Assembly: GCF_964355755.1 (NCBI RefSeq)
Contig: NC_092678.1
Coordinates: 5,968,422-6,032,421 of the forward strand
Length of the DNA stretch: 64,000 nucleotides
Origin: Antedon mediterranea
Taxonomy: Eukaryota; Animalia; Echinodermata
Direction: 5' to 3'
The position numbers and the translations under genes are program-made. Of this stretch, positions 14,263 to 28,600 are shown piece by piece; within the stretch, counting starts at the first letter, position 1; each line of letters opens with the position of its first letter. The notes below the pieces were generated by a model, which saw only the letters and a program-made list of their open reading frames with translations, did not search any database and was not told the origin of the DNA.

Positions 14263-15696
14263 CTTTATTATTTGATATAAATGCATGCAATTGTATAAAT
14301 TATATCAAATATCAATATTGTTTGTTTGTTTGTTAAATTATTAGTTTCTCCACACATTTTAAAATAAAAGATAAAAATTACAATTGCAAAAAGAAAATTA
14401 CAATAAACAAGAAAAACATAAAAAATGTGCGGATGGAGGTCAAAATAAGTTGCAGACAACTTTAAGTCGTGACCACCAGTTAAAAAAAAAAAAAAAAAAA
14501 AAATATTAAAAATAAAATAGAACAACCTTAATTAAGGGGACACTCTCAGGACCCAACAATCGATCCTCTTAATAGGAGTCTCCCTGAACAGCTGTTGGTG
14601 GTACAATGGATCCCCTTAACAGGGGGCTCCCTGAACAGCTGTTGGTGGTACTGGTGGAACACATATATTACTTATAATATATATATTATTTTTTTTTTCA
14701 CAAGAAAGTGTCCCTTTAATAGGTGTTTCCCTATAGAAAAAGTTCTACTATGCATTGACATTATTATATATTCCTTTATATATTTTCATAGAGGATTAAA
14801 TGATATTTAATCCTCTATGGACTAGTGGTCAAGACACCAGACTTGTTACAAAGATGTACCAGGTTCGAATCTTCCCAGTGCCAAACTTTCAACTGTTGAT
14901 TCTATACATGTAATATCATATTATTTTATTGCAACGTTCCAATTTAGCATAAAATGCGTAACCTTCGTTTTAAATCTAATGTTTGTTTGTCTCATTTGAA
15001 CTTATTTCATTAAGATTAATTGGGTTAAGCTTTTAAATAAAATTCAAATTGTTCAAATACATTCCCAGATATTCTTACTGTATATTAATATTCAGAATAA
15101 TAATAGGCAGAATAAATAAACCTATAGATACGGTGCAATTATTCTACACATGATGGAACTCAAATATATGATTGATTGAATAAATATTCGACAGTATAAG
15201 TCATGTGACCTATTCTAGTTATAACTAGGGTTCACATTGAACAGAGTAGAATGAAGAGATATTGAAAGATTAGACGCTAGCTAGCGGCAAGGCAATGTAC
15301 CTGAGAAGGGTTTTAATTTTGTATACAATCAGTCTTCAACATCAAGTATGCAGGTACGAATACCTTACAATTACAAGGGTGAAATTTATTGTATATCAAC
15401 AATATTTAGTAAATTCAGCCAAAGCTAACCCTAAGAGACCTTCAGAACAATAAAATTTGACAATGCCACTAATAAAAATGAAATCACGGCTTAAATAAAA
15501 TGTAGACATGAACGAGAAACCACCACTGCCCCGCCCCGCCCCGCCCCGCCCCTCCCCTCCCATTTTTCATTTTACTATGTTTTGAGAATCTTAAAATGAA
15601 TATTCTAAAAAGTATTAGACTATTTGGTACAAGTCTGAGCAAAGCTGATTTAAATGCTCAATAATAATATATACAATTATACGTGTTTACAATGGA

Positions 15697-15930
15697 AGGA
15701 TAGCCATTGGTTAGGACACTTGACTGTCATACAGATAGACCCGGGTTCAATTCCCGACAACTCCCAGTCCACTCAGCTGTAAATGAGTACCTGGTTGAAA
15801 ATACTAGGGAGAAAAAAGGTGGCGTGGAAAGGAACTGGCCACCCTACCACATAATGCAGAGGCTTAGTACAATGAGCTCCTAACAGCTCATTCCCCTACG
15901 TTCAGAGAACACGAGACTCACCTCACCTCA
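15697..15930 (+). mobile_element. tRNA-derived SINE (different family)
   Basis: tagccattggttagg A-box, gggttcaattcccg B-box, ccactcagctgtaaatgagtacctg core. Confidence 0.65.
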
Positions 15931-16334
15931 CAATGGTAGAATATTAAATATGAACGTTTATATACACAAGAGGGCGGTATTGTACTTTTACTACTTTCAG
16001 TACCAAGTCATAGAGATGGATGGATGGACCACCCTCGTAATATATTGTTGGGAAAAAAAATGTGGTTGGGTTGGTCCATGTATAATAGGGGCTTTATGCA
16101 TCAGGACAGAAGTACTGCCGATGGCAATTCACACAAGACTTTACCTATTTTCATAAAATGCATGGTTCAATCTCCTTTCCATAATTTCCTAGGAGATCTA
16201 AGTTACATATTTGTTTTGAATGTCAAGATTACTACCAAAAAATATATAATTTTCTTAAATACCATTTACAATTCTAACATAAATTGAAATATATAAATAT
16301 AGATAGAACTATTCCATTGAAGATAATAAGTAAT

Positions 16335-16465
16335 GGAGCTGTAGCTTGGTGGTTAACGTGCTTGCCTTCCAATCTCAACATCAGTGGTTCGATCCTGGCC
16401 TAGTGCCAGGGTTGTAACTCACGCTTTCAACTCAACTCTCTAAGCTTCAAATGAGACTTAATTTA
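16335..16465 (+). mobile_element. tRNA-derived SINE fragment (related copy about 43030-43115)
   Basis: gtagcttggtggttaa..ggttcgatcc..gggttgtaactcacg. Confidence 0.55.
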
Positions 16466-16540
16466 TAAGCACGATAAATTTTAAATTTAAGTAATTGTGC
16501 TTGCTATTGGATGCAAATGAAATGAAAAAGTGGTACATAC

Positions 16541-16681
16541 CTCGTTTACGCATTCTAATTCTTCGTTGAGGAAGTTTTTAGCTGCCGTCGGCATCTTTTG
16601 AATGCTACTATAAAAATTATTTACATATTCCCGGTATTTTGGCACTTCTCGCGTGTACAACAATCGATTTGTTGACGTGTC
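16541..16681 (-). CDS. plexin exon (GAP C2, last exon found)
   Basis: tag|GAC..GAG|gtatgt; DTSTNRLLYTREVPKYREYVNNFYSSIQKMPTAAKNFLNEELECVNE (cf. DSPSNKLLYAKDIP). Confidence 0.93.
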
Positions 16682-19600
16682 CTATAGAAAGGTAAAAAAA
16701 AAAAACAGATTTAACAAAAACATTGAAGCTGTATTGTCCCTTGAAACACAAAAAAATGAAGGTCAAAATATTCTAAAAGTTTTTAGCTGCCGTCGGCATC
16801 TTTTGAATGCTACTATAAAAATTATTTACATATTCCCGGTATTTTGGCACTTCTCGCGTGTACAACAATCGATTTGTTGACGTGTCCTATAGAAAGGTAA
16901 AAAAAAAAAACAGATTTAACAAAAACATTGAAGCTGTATTGTCCCTTGAAACACAAAAAAATGAAGGTCAAAATATTCTAAATTTAAAGTGGCCATATCA
17001 AAGTAATATTAAAGTTATTCACTTTAAGTCGAAAATTTGAGCCAAAAACAACAAGTTTACGTAATTAACAGGTAAATTAGTTTGATTACATTTCATCTGG
17101 AAAATCGTCACGAGCGAAAGTAAACAAAGATTTCAAACCATGAGTACGCATTATGCATATGCTAAATTAGGATTGTTTACAACTCGTCACGGTTAAGAAG
17201 GTTTTTTCACACAGATCATGAGGAAGTTTTATGATTATGCATACAGAGTAGCCAAACAAGCGCGTTTCATTATGGGATATGTTTTGATTGAAAACTTTGA
17301 CTGGAAGTCAAAGTTATTTTTTTAACAAAAAAACGTCTGTATTTCAGTTAATTTTTTTTTTTCCGACAAATTTTTGGTGATAGTTAATAACTATTATGAT
17401 ATTTCAAAATGACCCACCTTTTTTCGAAATCTATTATTTTTTATTTTTTTGGAATTAGTCAAAGGGACAATACATCTTTAAATGATTAATTTGTAATTCT
17501 AAAGAACCCGTAAACACATTTTTTCTCATTTGTTTGTGATTATCTGGTTAACAAAACATTCAAAGTATAAAAGTTATTTTTTCTAGACTTCACAAACCTT
17601 TTAAAATGAAAAATTGAATTTATAAAAGACTAAATCCGAGTTCGAAAGTTCAATTATTTATTTCTAAATGCATAGAACATTAAAAGCATCCATTTTTTCA
17701 TACTTGTTGAATAAGTTAGCCTTTTCTTTTTCTTTTTCCTTTGAAAATTGATATTAATATTCAAAATTACTATTAATAAAAATCTGGATGTCATATAGTA
17801 TTTTATCATAAACAACATGAAATCATATAAGATATCAAATCATAAAACAATTTTGGAATTGAAGAATTCTTTATTTAAAAATAGAATCATAGCGCTATGT
17901 TTCCAAGAAGTTCAAAGGTCATCAGTGAAAAATTATTTCCAGTTATTTTCATATACAAAAACAGATAAACAATTAGAAGTATTGCATCACTCTCGTATGG
18001 TATACTGACAAGCCTGAATGGCAGCTCGATAAAAGCAGTTACAAAAAATATTTGTAAGAGAGATGATGGACCGGTAACGTCTGCTGCGAACACCTCAAAT
18101 ACACTATGTATGGTACGAGTAGAATCTTGCTATATAGAATTTGTTTTCTTACTTTGTTGTGTTGTGTTTCCCACAAAAGGAACATCAAAATGACTTGTGT
18201 TTCTCACAAAAGGAACATCAAAATGACTTGTGTTTCCCACAAAAGGAACATCAAAATGACTTGTGTTTCCCACAAAAGGAACATCAAAATGACTTGTGTT
18301 TCCCACAAAAGGAACACCAAAATGACTTGTGTTTCCCACAAAAGGAACATCAAAATGACTTGTGTTTCCCACAAAAAGAACATCAAAATGAATTGTTTCC
18401 CACAAAAGGAACATCAAAATGACTTGTGTTTCCCACAAAAGGAACACCAAAATGACTTGTTTCCCACAAAAGGAACATCAAAATGACTTGTGTTTCCCAC
18501 AAAAGGAACATCAAAATGACTTGTGTTTCTCACAAAAGGAACACCAAAATGACTTGTGTTTCCCACAAAAGGAACATCAAAATGACTTGTGTTTCCCACA
18601 AAAGGAACATCAAAATGACTTGTGTTTCTCACAAAAGGAACATCAAAATGACTTGTTTCCCACAAAAGGAACATCAAAATGACTTGTGTTTCTCACAAAA
18701 GGAACATCAAAATGACTTGTGTTTCCCACAAAAGGAACATCAAAATGACTTGTGTTTCCCACAAAAGGAACATCAAAATGACTTGTGTTTCCCACAAAAG
18801 GAACATCAAAATGACTTGTGTTTCCCACAAAAGGAACATCAAAATGACTTGTGTTTCCCACTAAAAGGAACATCAAATGATTTGTGTTTCTCACAAAAGG
18901 AACATCAAAATGACTTGTGTTTCCCACAAAAGGAACATCAAAATGACTTGTGTTTCCCACAAAAGGAACATCAAAATGACTTGTGTTTCCCACTAAAAGG
19001 AACATCAAATGATTTGTGTTTCTCACAAAAGGAACATCAAAATGACTTGTGTTTCCCACAAAAAGAACATCAAAATGAATTGTTTCCCACAAAAGGAACA
19101 TCAAAATGACTTGTGTTTCCCACAAAAGGAACACCAAAATGACTTGTTTCCCACAAAAGGAACATCAAAATGACTTGTGTTTCTCACAAAAGGAACATCA
19201 AAATGACTTGTGTTTCTCACAAAAGGAACATCAAAATGACTTGTGTTTCTCACAAAAGGAACATCAAAATGACTTGTGTTTCTCACAAAAGGAACTGAAC
19301 ATCAAAATGACTTGTGTTTCCCACAAAAGGAACATCAAAATGACTTGTGTTTCCCTCAAAAGGAACATCAAAATGACTGATCAATAAATATATAATAATT
19401 TGTGATGGCTATAAATGTATATATATATCCTTACCTTTGTGTATTTGATAGCTTCCACTGAACATGAATCAAGCAATGTCTCAGCGATAATCTTGAGGGC
19501 AGCCTCTACAGGTAACGTTTGTAAAATATCAAAGATAAAGTTTGGATGCGTAATTACCGTCACCCAGAACCTTTGACCAAGGCTGTCAAAAATAACATTA

Positions 19601-22600
19601 AGAATCATTAAAATAAATAACTTATTACTCTTACTGCTATTTCCTCTTTACATATAACTGGTTCCTCCTTTACATGATACCAATTCTATCTTTTACATGC
19701 CACTGCTTCCTTCTTTTACATGCCACTGGTTCCCTCTTTTAAATGCCACTGGTTCCCTCTTTACACAACCCCTTGACACACCATCGGTTCCCTCATTTTA
19801 AATACAACCCATTAGCACACCACTGGTTCTATCTTTACATGCCACTTGCTCCATCCCTGGTTCCCTCTTTTAAATACCACTGGTTTCTCTTTACACACAA
19901 CCACTTAGCACAGCACTGGTTCCCTCTTTTTTAAATGCCACTGGTTCTTATTTACACACAACCACTTAGCCCACTGCTGGTTCCCGCTTTACATACCATT
20001 TGCTCCTTCCCTGGTTCCCTCTTTACATGCCACTGGTTCCTTATTTACATGCTACTAACTCTTTCACAGGTTTTCTCCTTACATGCTACATTTTAAAAAG
20101 CTTTACAACAATTACCTATTGTTCTTCCATGTCTTAGCCATGGCCTGACCAGCATCATTTTCTTCTGCTTGTGCATCAAAGAAATCAAACAGATACTTTA
20201 TGGTGACTGGAACGGAAATGTCACTGTCATCGCTAGGAGCCTTTAACATTGCTCTAAACATACCATCCACATACTTTTGTATTGTTGTCTAAAAACATAA
20301 CACAAAATAAAATCAGAAAATAACAGGGTTGAAAAACAAATGCAATACCTAATTTAGGAAGTGGAATTATACTCAAGGAGGTAGGATTATACTAAAGCAT
20401 GCGATTATACTAAAGCATGGGATTATACTCAAGCATGAGATTATACTCTACTGTCGGATTATACTCTAGTGTGGGATTATACTCTAGTGTGGGATTATAC
20501 TCAAGCATGGGATAATATTCAAGTATAGGATTATACTATTAAGCATAAGATTATACTCTAGCATGGGATTATACACTAGCATAGGATTATACTCGAGCAT
20601 TATACTCGAGCATGGTATTATACTCGAGCATAGGATTATACTCAAGCATAGGATTATACTAAAGCCTGGGATTATACTCAAGCGTAGGATTATACTCAAG
20701 GAGGTGGGATTATACTCTAGCATAGGATTATACTCTAGGGTGGGATTATACTCGAGCATGGGATTATACTCAAGCATGGGATAATACTCAAGCATGGGAT
20801 TATACTCAAGCATGGGATTATACTCAAGCATGGGATTATACTCAAGCATGGGATTATACTCAAGCATGGGATAATACTCAAGCATGGGATTATATTAAGC
20901 ATGGGATAATACTCAAGCATTGGATTATACTCAAGCGTAGGATTATACTCAAGGAGGTGGGATAGTACTCTAGCATATGATTATACTCTTGAATAGGATT
21001 ATACTATAGCAAGTATTTTTTAAATGAGACCTTAGTGGACATAAGACGAGGAAAATGGACTTCATGGATTGTCTTTAACTTCCGTCTGTAGATGGATCCA
21101 GTTTTATTTTTCCTTCGGGAATTCCTTTGTTCATCTTCTAACGGATCTACGTCTTTGACCTACAACAAACAACACATCAAAACAAAGTAAGAAGAATTTA
21201 ATTAAGTAATTCAATTTTTGTAAAGACAGGACCTGGAACTCAAAGCATTTCAACTCAAAGGAACTAGCTGTGCAAGAGAGCAACTGAACTGAACTAGTAT
21301 GTGAGCGTTTATGTCAACATATGGAACTAGTGGTCAACAAAACGCACACAAATCAATTAGGAACCAATGCGTGCAAGCCCTATATGTAATCATCAAACTG
21401 ATTGCTACTGGTTGGTTACCCAAACCTCTCGTGATTTACAGTCGTCAGTTGCATTAAGTTCTTAAAAAAAGTAGAACATGTTCAACTCAACTGAAAGTAT
21501 TGCAAAATAGATTGACATAAAGGGGTTGAGTTTCGTTGAGTTCTTTGTTGACATAAGTCCACCTTTAAGAGAAGATAACACAGTTTGCTTACCAAATGCC
21601 AGGGCTGTGCGCCCTTTTCTAAATTGGAATCTTCAGCATTAAAGCCATATTTTGCATCCATGTTAATAGTATTTTCTAAAAGTAATCAAACTTTACAAAT
21701 TAACAAATGTCGGTAATCACAACTTTTCAGAATATATAAATACCATATAGGTATATATCTTTACTATTAAAAAGTGCCATACCAAGTCTTCATGACTGGT
21801 TTGAAGTCAAATAACTTAGGGTTGGACGACTATAAATTCATTATTATTAGGTCACTATCATCTGATATATATATTATCTGACAACTTTACTCAATTTGGC
21901 AAGAGGATAAACAAAAACTGGTGTCAGTACTGAAAAGATGGAAATTAGATACACTCCTTTTCAAGAGCACTTCCATGCCTGTATTAGATTTATGCATGTC
22001 TTTTATGAGATCTTTGTCCTATACCATGACAAAATACCAACGGTAGATGTTGCCATCAATGTAATTGCATTTAAAAACTAATACTATTTTAAATTTATTT
22101 TTTAACATTTTTATACATTTAAAAAAAAAAAGGTTACAAAAATAAAGATAACAATTTCATATATCTATAGATGGTAAATCATTCCTTATACATTTCGAAT
22201 TAGTTTACTAAATTTTTTTCCATAATGCATAAGAAATAAAAGACTGTATACAATTAAAGATCAGAAAATAAGAAACAATACATTAGAGCCTCTTTAAGAT
22301 GTATTTCAAAACCAAATAATATTAAATATATGGGACTGTTTCCTTAAAGATGTATTGTCCCCCAAAAACATGAAAAATGAATTTAATAAAATCATACTTT
22401 GAATATGTTATTTTGTAGTTTTAATAAAGTTAATCACTTCCTTAGAAAAAAAATGAAAAAAAAAAAAAAATGTTTTCACTTATAAAATAACAAAATTCAA
22501 CCAAAAATCCATTGGCTGGCAGCCAATTTGACCATTTTTTGCTTTAATTTACATTTTTTCAGGTAAATACAATTTTTTTTGGATCAAATTTGTGGTCAAA

Positions 22601-25600
22601 GTGGATAACTATTATGTTACATTAAAATAGAATATTCAACACATTTTTTTTTAGGAATTATTTTTTCAGGGGGACAATACATCTTTAAGGGGACACTCTC
22701 GGGACTAAACAAAGTGTCCCCTGAATAGGGATTGGCTGTAGTGTTAAAATATATATATTTCCTGTTGTTTCTTGGAAATGTCCCCTTAATAGGGGTACCT
22801 TTTGAATTGGTGTTAAAATATATATATTTCTTTTTTCATGGGAAAGTTGTCATCAATACCTTAAAAAGAGTACCAAGAGTCAAGTAAGCCAAAGTTGTTT
22901 ATTTAATAAAATGGTATGTAACAAAATATAAGTGTTCTCAATAAACTCTAGCTAAACAACAGTCTAGTGAAAGAAAAAATAATTAGAAAAAAACATTTGC
23001 AAAAGAATTTAATAAAGACCACATTATCAATATTGATATATTTATGTTTGTACATCAGTAATTAAATTATAATTAATAACCTTAATTTAAAATTTTGTAA
23101 CAAAAAAATATAGAAATTTGTAACAAATAGAAATTCTGAAATTTAATAAAAATTTTTTAATAAAAATTGAAATCATAAAAATGATCGATTTGAAAAAAAC
23201 AGTTCTCACCGTATACTGGATTTGTATTCGTGACGATCTGGCCTACAGTGGCGCTATGCCGTCCGTTTGCGCGGTGTATTAGTGACACAGTGGCACCGTC
23301 TTTTATCTATTGAGTGAAATTATCTAGAGAATCAGATCTGAGATCCTCTTCTGCAACCACGCATGACTGTTGCTACCACAGCAAATTTCACCCAATCATG
23401 GGGTGAAAGGTCATGCACAAAAAAAATCTGGGACTTGTCTACTAGACAATATATTACTTATTTATCCGCAGAAATAATTTACTGAGAATTTTTTTCAGTT
23501 AGAATAGAAAATTGTATGACAAATTATGTACAGGGAGAAATGCAGTATTTTTCCAGTAAAAAACTTTTACCTAAAAATGTGTTATAAACCAAATATGTAT
23601 TTGAAAATATAAAAATGACTAAATAAGTTAAAAATAGCATAGTTTACAAGAATAAAAGATTATACCATATAATTTTAATATTTACATTGATTTTTCAATA
23701 TAATTCCAATATTACTTTTATAAAAATATATATTTTGTTTTGACATATTGGAAAAAATGTCCAAATCGCCCAATGATATACTGAAAACCTATGAATTCAT
23801 GTCTAAATTTAAAACAAAAACATGCTCTGAAAAGTTTTAGACCAAATTTTCAGATTTTTTTGTGTGTGATGACCTTTAACCCCAATAATGTGCAACCGAA
23901 GAAAAGACATGCATGAATGGACACAAGTGCGATTTTCAGAAAAATAAGCATCTAATGAACAAACCATGCGAAGGTTGTCATGAAATTGTTGAAAAACAGT
24001 GGTGCAAGCAGAAAAAATAAATAAAAAGATAGTCTTAAAGTAGGCCCTATTTTTATCCTCAATATTACACTGCATATCTACAATAACTAAAACCGTACTA
24101 AAAAGTCTGGACCAAAAGTCTACCATTTCTATTTCACAACAAATATAAATTTTCATGATTATTAATCCAATCATGCATTAATAAATCAAATTTCAAAAAA
24201 TATTTGAATAATTTATGTAAATTAGTTACGCATAATTAAAATTTGACCAATAGCCGAATAGAATCTGTTGAAATGCAGTAAACATTGAGGACTATTTTCG
24301 TAAGCCAAGCTTTTAGGACTCACCTAAATGATCAACTGTCGTGGGACTAATAAAAATAGATGAAGGCTTAGCGTTAGCTACTTCCTGCTTTGGAACAAGT
24401 GCGACTAACGAGCCATTCCTTATCTAAACCATAGTGAAAGAAAATGCGAGGAGAAAAAAAAAACAATGGGGAAAAGAAAAAAAAAATATGAGGAGCGATG
24501 AACAGAAAGCTGTAAAAGAAAAATGGTGATAAGCACAAGAAACGCATCAAGCAAAAATGAAAATTGTTTGCATAACAAAATTAAATTAATGTGTCTAACA
24601 AAATCAATTAACCGTTTCTCAGTACTGCATCTTAAATTTTTACTGTACCATAGGCAAATTCTGTAATACAGCATCACATAAGAAACACATGTGACACCTG
24701 TATCATTAGCTATACACCTGACATAAAACTGGTGACACATGTGATACAATATGACAGTGTATTACCGAATTTGCCTACAATACTGCACAAATAATGCCAT
24801 ATGTGGAGATACAGTACAGATATTCAGGTGGATCAATTTGAAAATAAAAAGCATAATTTTAATGAGCAAACTAAAATCGTTTAGTATTCCAAAGCTCTTT
24901 CCAAATTAAAATGCAACAAAATATTTTGGAAAATGAAATTATTGCATATCAAAGGGGATGAAATGTCTACTAAAAGCATGGAAATAGTTCCATGTGAAAT
25001 TTGACAACCTGTATCATGCAAATTTAAATGCAAACTATGACCAATTCACACACAAATACAATGCAACAAATTAGATAAAGATTAATGTCAAATTTATTCT
25101 ACTGCAGTTATTGCATTAACTTTCTTCAGTAACATATGGTTATGGATATGGTTTTAGTTTCAATGTAGAGGTTTATGAGGTTGTCACTGCAATAAACAAT
25201 ATGTATGAACAGCAAAGAGTAAACAAATGTAGTTACTGCAGTAACTGCAGTTAGAACAATTTGGAAATGGTGAGTTATAAAATCATTTCTCACAGATTTT
25301 GGCCATGTTTGTAAATACTTGCGTGTTTTAGAGTTTTTTATCTAATTGTTTTTATTATAATTATCAGGTGTAATTATTATACATAATTTGATTCTTTATA
25401 TCTTTTTTTTATTATTAATAACTTTTTCATTTTTTCAAAAGAAAACTTTTATAAGAATTATGTTTCCACAACAAACAAGTTCAACACAGCATTCAGATTT
25501 TGCCAATTTGTTTTTGTTCCACACTTAAAAATCAATATTTATTAAAAAAAATATTCCAGGTAAAAGTGAAGGTTTTAAACCATAACACAATCAAATTAAT

Positions 25601-28600
25601 CGTGACATTAAAGCCTTGTCTACACTATTAAACTTGATATGACAACAAAATGTGATGTGTCCATATATGGACATGATGATGTCATATCAGTACCATCTTT
25701 AAGCATATCACTACCATCTCTAAGCATATCACTACCATCTTTAAGCATATCACTACCATCTTTAAGCATATCACTACCATATTTGGGCACATCACACTTT
25801 TTTGTCAAACTAGTTTGATAGTGTAGACAGTCAAAGTCAAGTTAAGTTTTTGTATTTAATTTTATTTTATTCTTCTTGGACACGAATTAATAAAAATGTC
25901 ATTTCAATGTGCCACATAGTACAACCAAAATAAATGACTTAGACAAGCAAGCAAAATAAAACATACCTTAAAGTGTTCTAATGTGTTTAATTGCCGCCAG
26001 TTGTTGACTGTCTTGGAGGTGTTATCTATATCTGATAAAACAAGGTGACCGTGTTTTCCTGCCCTTAAATCTATCAAAATACAAATTTTACATTTGTAAA
26101 TTATTAAAAATAAATCTCACTATTCCGATCTCCCGATTCTCAGTAATTTACCTATATTCCACCGGTATCATATCAAATTCAATAATACAGAATCACATTT
26201 TATTTCACATCTACGGCCTATTATCATAGATTATAATATAAAGAATGGTTCTCACTAAAAGAAAAATAATCTATCAATTTTGCATCCCCTCTTAAGGCAA
26301 ATTGAATAATACTTTTTACGACGTACAACACGAAGCAGAAAGCAGAGTTTGATTCTCATTTTCAGCTCTGGGAACGCAGCTTAACCTTTGACCTTGCTTA
26401 CCTAAATCTACACTGGAAGCGGAGGGTCTATTAGAATATGGTCTGCTTTTATACATGGCATCAAGAATCTTCTCTTTTACTTGAGATATACAATCGCAAG
26501 TAAGAACGTTCACACTGATCATATCTGCATCTCCCTTGTTGTCCATTGCAACTGTTAATTTCTAAAGTAGTTATAAGTTTTTGAAAAATGATAATTGAAT
26601 ACGAGGGGTGTTACAATATAATACTTACAAAATAAATCAAAAGTATTGTATAGGAATAATATTATCAATTCTTAATTATCATTGCACTGTGCTTTTATGC
26701 AGTAACCTAAGCTTACAGGCCTAGGACTAAACCGGTTAATATAGGACGATAGGCCTGGCTGGAAGAACAGTTCTGAAAAATTGGACATGACAGAAAACCA
26801 AAATGTTCAGACAGTCTGAAGAGTGTCAGGTTTTGGGAGATTCCACTGTACTGAAAAACAATGCCTCTCGTAGGATCAAGATAAAAAAACAATGCAGTTC
26901 GTAGAACTGCGATCAAAAAACAATGCAGTTCAAAAACAATGAATCACATGGAATCGGGACCAAAACACAGTACCTCGTAGCATGTACCATGTGTAGCCTG
27001 AAGTAGCCACAAAGCTTGATGTGGGTTACGGTGCAATAATTTTTAACTGTACTGTACTTCGTAACTCATGAAACATTCCTTAATGTGTTTTTATGATGGA
27101 ATTTTAGGAGGTATTTGGCATACTTACAATTTCTTCAAAATCCACACTATCTTTAAATAAGTGATCTATGCTTAATGAATGGTAAGACTTTTGTGTTACA
27201 GCATCAACTGGTCCCTTCCATACTTTGTATTTAATGGCTTGATATAAAAGGAAAAGTGGGTAACCAGCGTGATCCTATAAAAAAATACAAAAAGTGAAAT
27301 ATTATGTACATCTTTCAACCAGTGTGTTCATATATTTTTATTTTATTTTATATACATCCAAATTTTTAAATTAAATTTTTCATACTAGATAGTTCTCGAA
27401 TACACAGTAATTTCACATGTACTTAAAGCAGGACTATAATACATGTCGCATGAGCCCCTTTCTCACAGATGTGCCCGCAATATACCGGTACAGTGCTGGC
27501 GTCGTGCCGGTATCGTTACCGGCATATACCCATTCTCATCGGACTATCGTGCCGGAAATATAACCGGTATATACCGGCTTTCTGTGAGAAAGGAGTCGGG
27601 CATATTCGGCCAATAAAAAGTCTCTGACAAAATAATTATTGAGGGCATCCTTTATTATTATTATTTTTGTCTAGCGATGATATGGCGGCGAATGTTAAGT
27701 TACAGATTATTATCTTCCTTTATAGCATATTTATGCAATACATGCTATGTACAGTATATTGTGCATATATTATACAGGTATAGCAATTAATTTGCCGTCA
27801 TCGGCAATCTGTAAAACACCTTAGAAGGCTGTAGGCCTACAATTTACAAGGCGACGAAAGGTCAGGCACCAACAAACAAAGAGCTAAAATGGCCTAGCCT
27901 AGCGGCCTATATAGATTATGCTACAAATTTCTTCTTGTCCCCTTATTTTAAGCAGCTCTCTTATCTCATTATCCCTCCAGTTCGACATTATTATTGTTAA
28001 TTGAATTGAATAGGCGCCAAAGTGATACACTTGACTGCGCAAGGTGTCAAAGCCTCGACGGGGAACCCCGGAATATAACGGCAATACGTTCTCACAGAAT
28101 GCCCGTCTGGCATTGCGGGGAATATCCTTAGAATATTACTAGGTCTAAAGCAGGTCATGTCGATGCCGGCATGGTGCCGGCATGATGCCAAGACGACCCG
28201 TTCTCACAGAAAACCATACCGGCATGGTAATGGTATATTCCCGCAATATTCCTGGCACACAACTCTGTGAGAAAGGGGCTATACAGGAACGAATACATAA
28301 ACATAGACAAACAAGTTATAGTATGTTTTCAACAACATGATACTAATATGCTTACCTTTAGATGATCATACATACACAAAGCAACCCAGTTACTAACTAA
28401 CTTCTCTCTCACTGATTCAGTCCTACAAAGTATACATCAAAATATCAATGTGAATACTTTTACAAAAAGTTTATATGAAATGTTGAATTCTTTTATAACA
28501 TCTATTGACATTTTTATAAGTGAATAAAGGGAGAGATGGGGAGACAACTCATATCAAATCAAACTGGTTATAAAATTGGGCAGAAAGTACTAAAAATCAG

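Noticed and set aside
10820-16465. Possible tRNA genes (about 10820, 14815, 15697, 16335)
   Set aside because: A/B boxes are present, but I could not fold a complete cloverleaf and most run on into SINE-like bodies; tRNAscan-SE would settle it
18160-19378. CRISPR-like 33-bp repeat
   Set aside because: Units are head-to-tail with no spacers; eukaryotic intron; no cas genes
12256-20920. Stacks of 60-208-aa ORFs (MRHLPVFS.., MTCVSHKRNIK.., MLEYNP..)
   Set aside because: They are translations of 64-, 33- and 18-bp tandem repeats, open in several frames and on both strands
21783-21829. Extra plexin micro-exon with AG/GT borders
   Set aside because: 47 nt, breaks frame and has a stop in the required phase; the flanking exons join correctly without it
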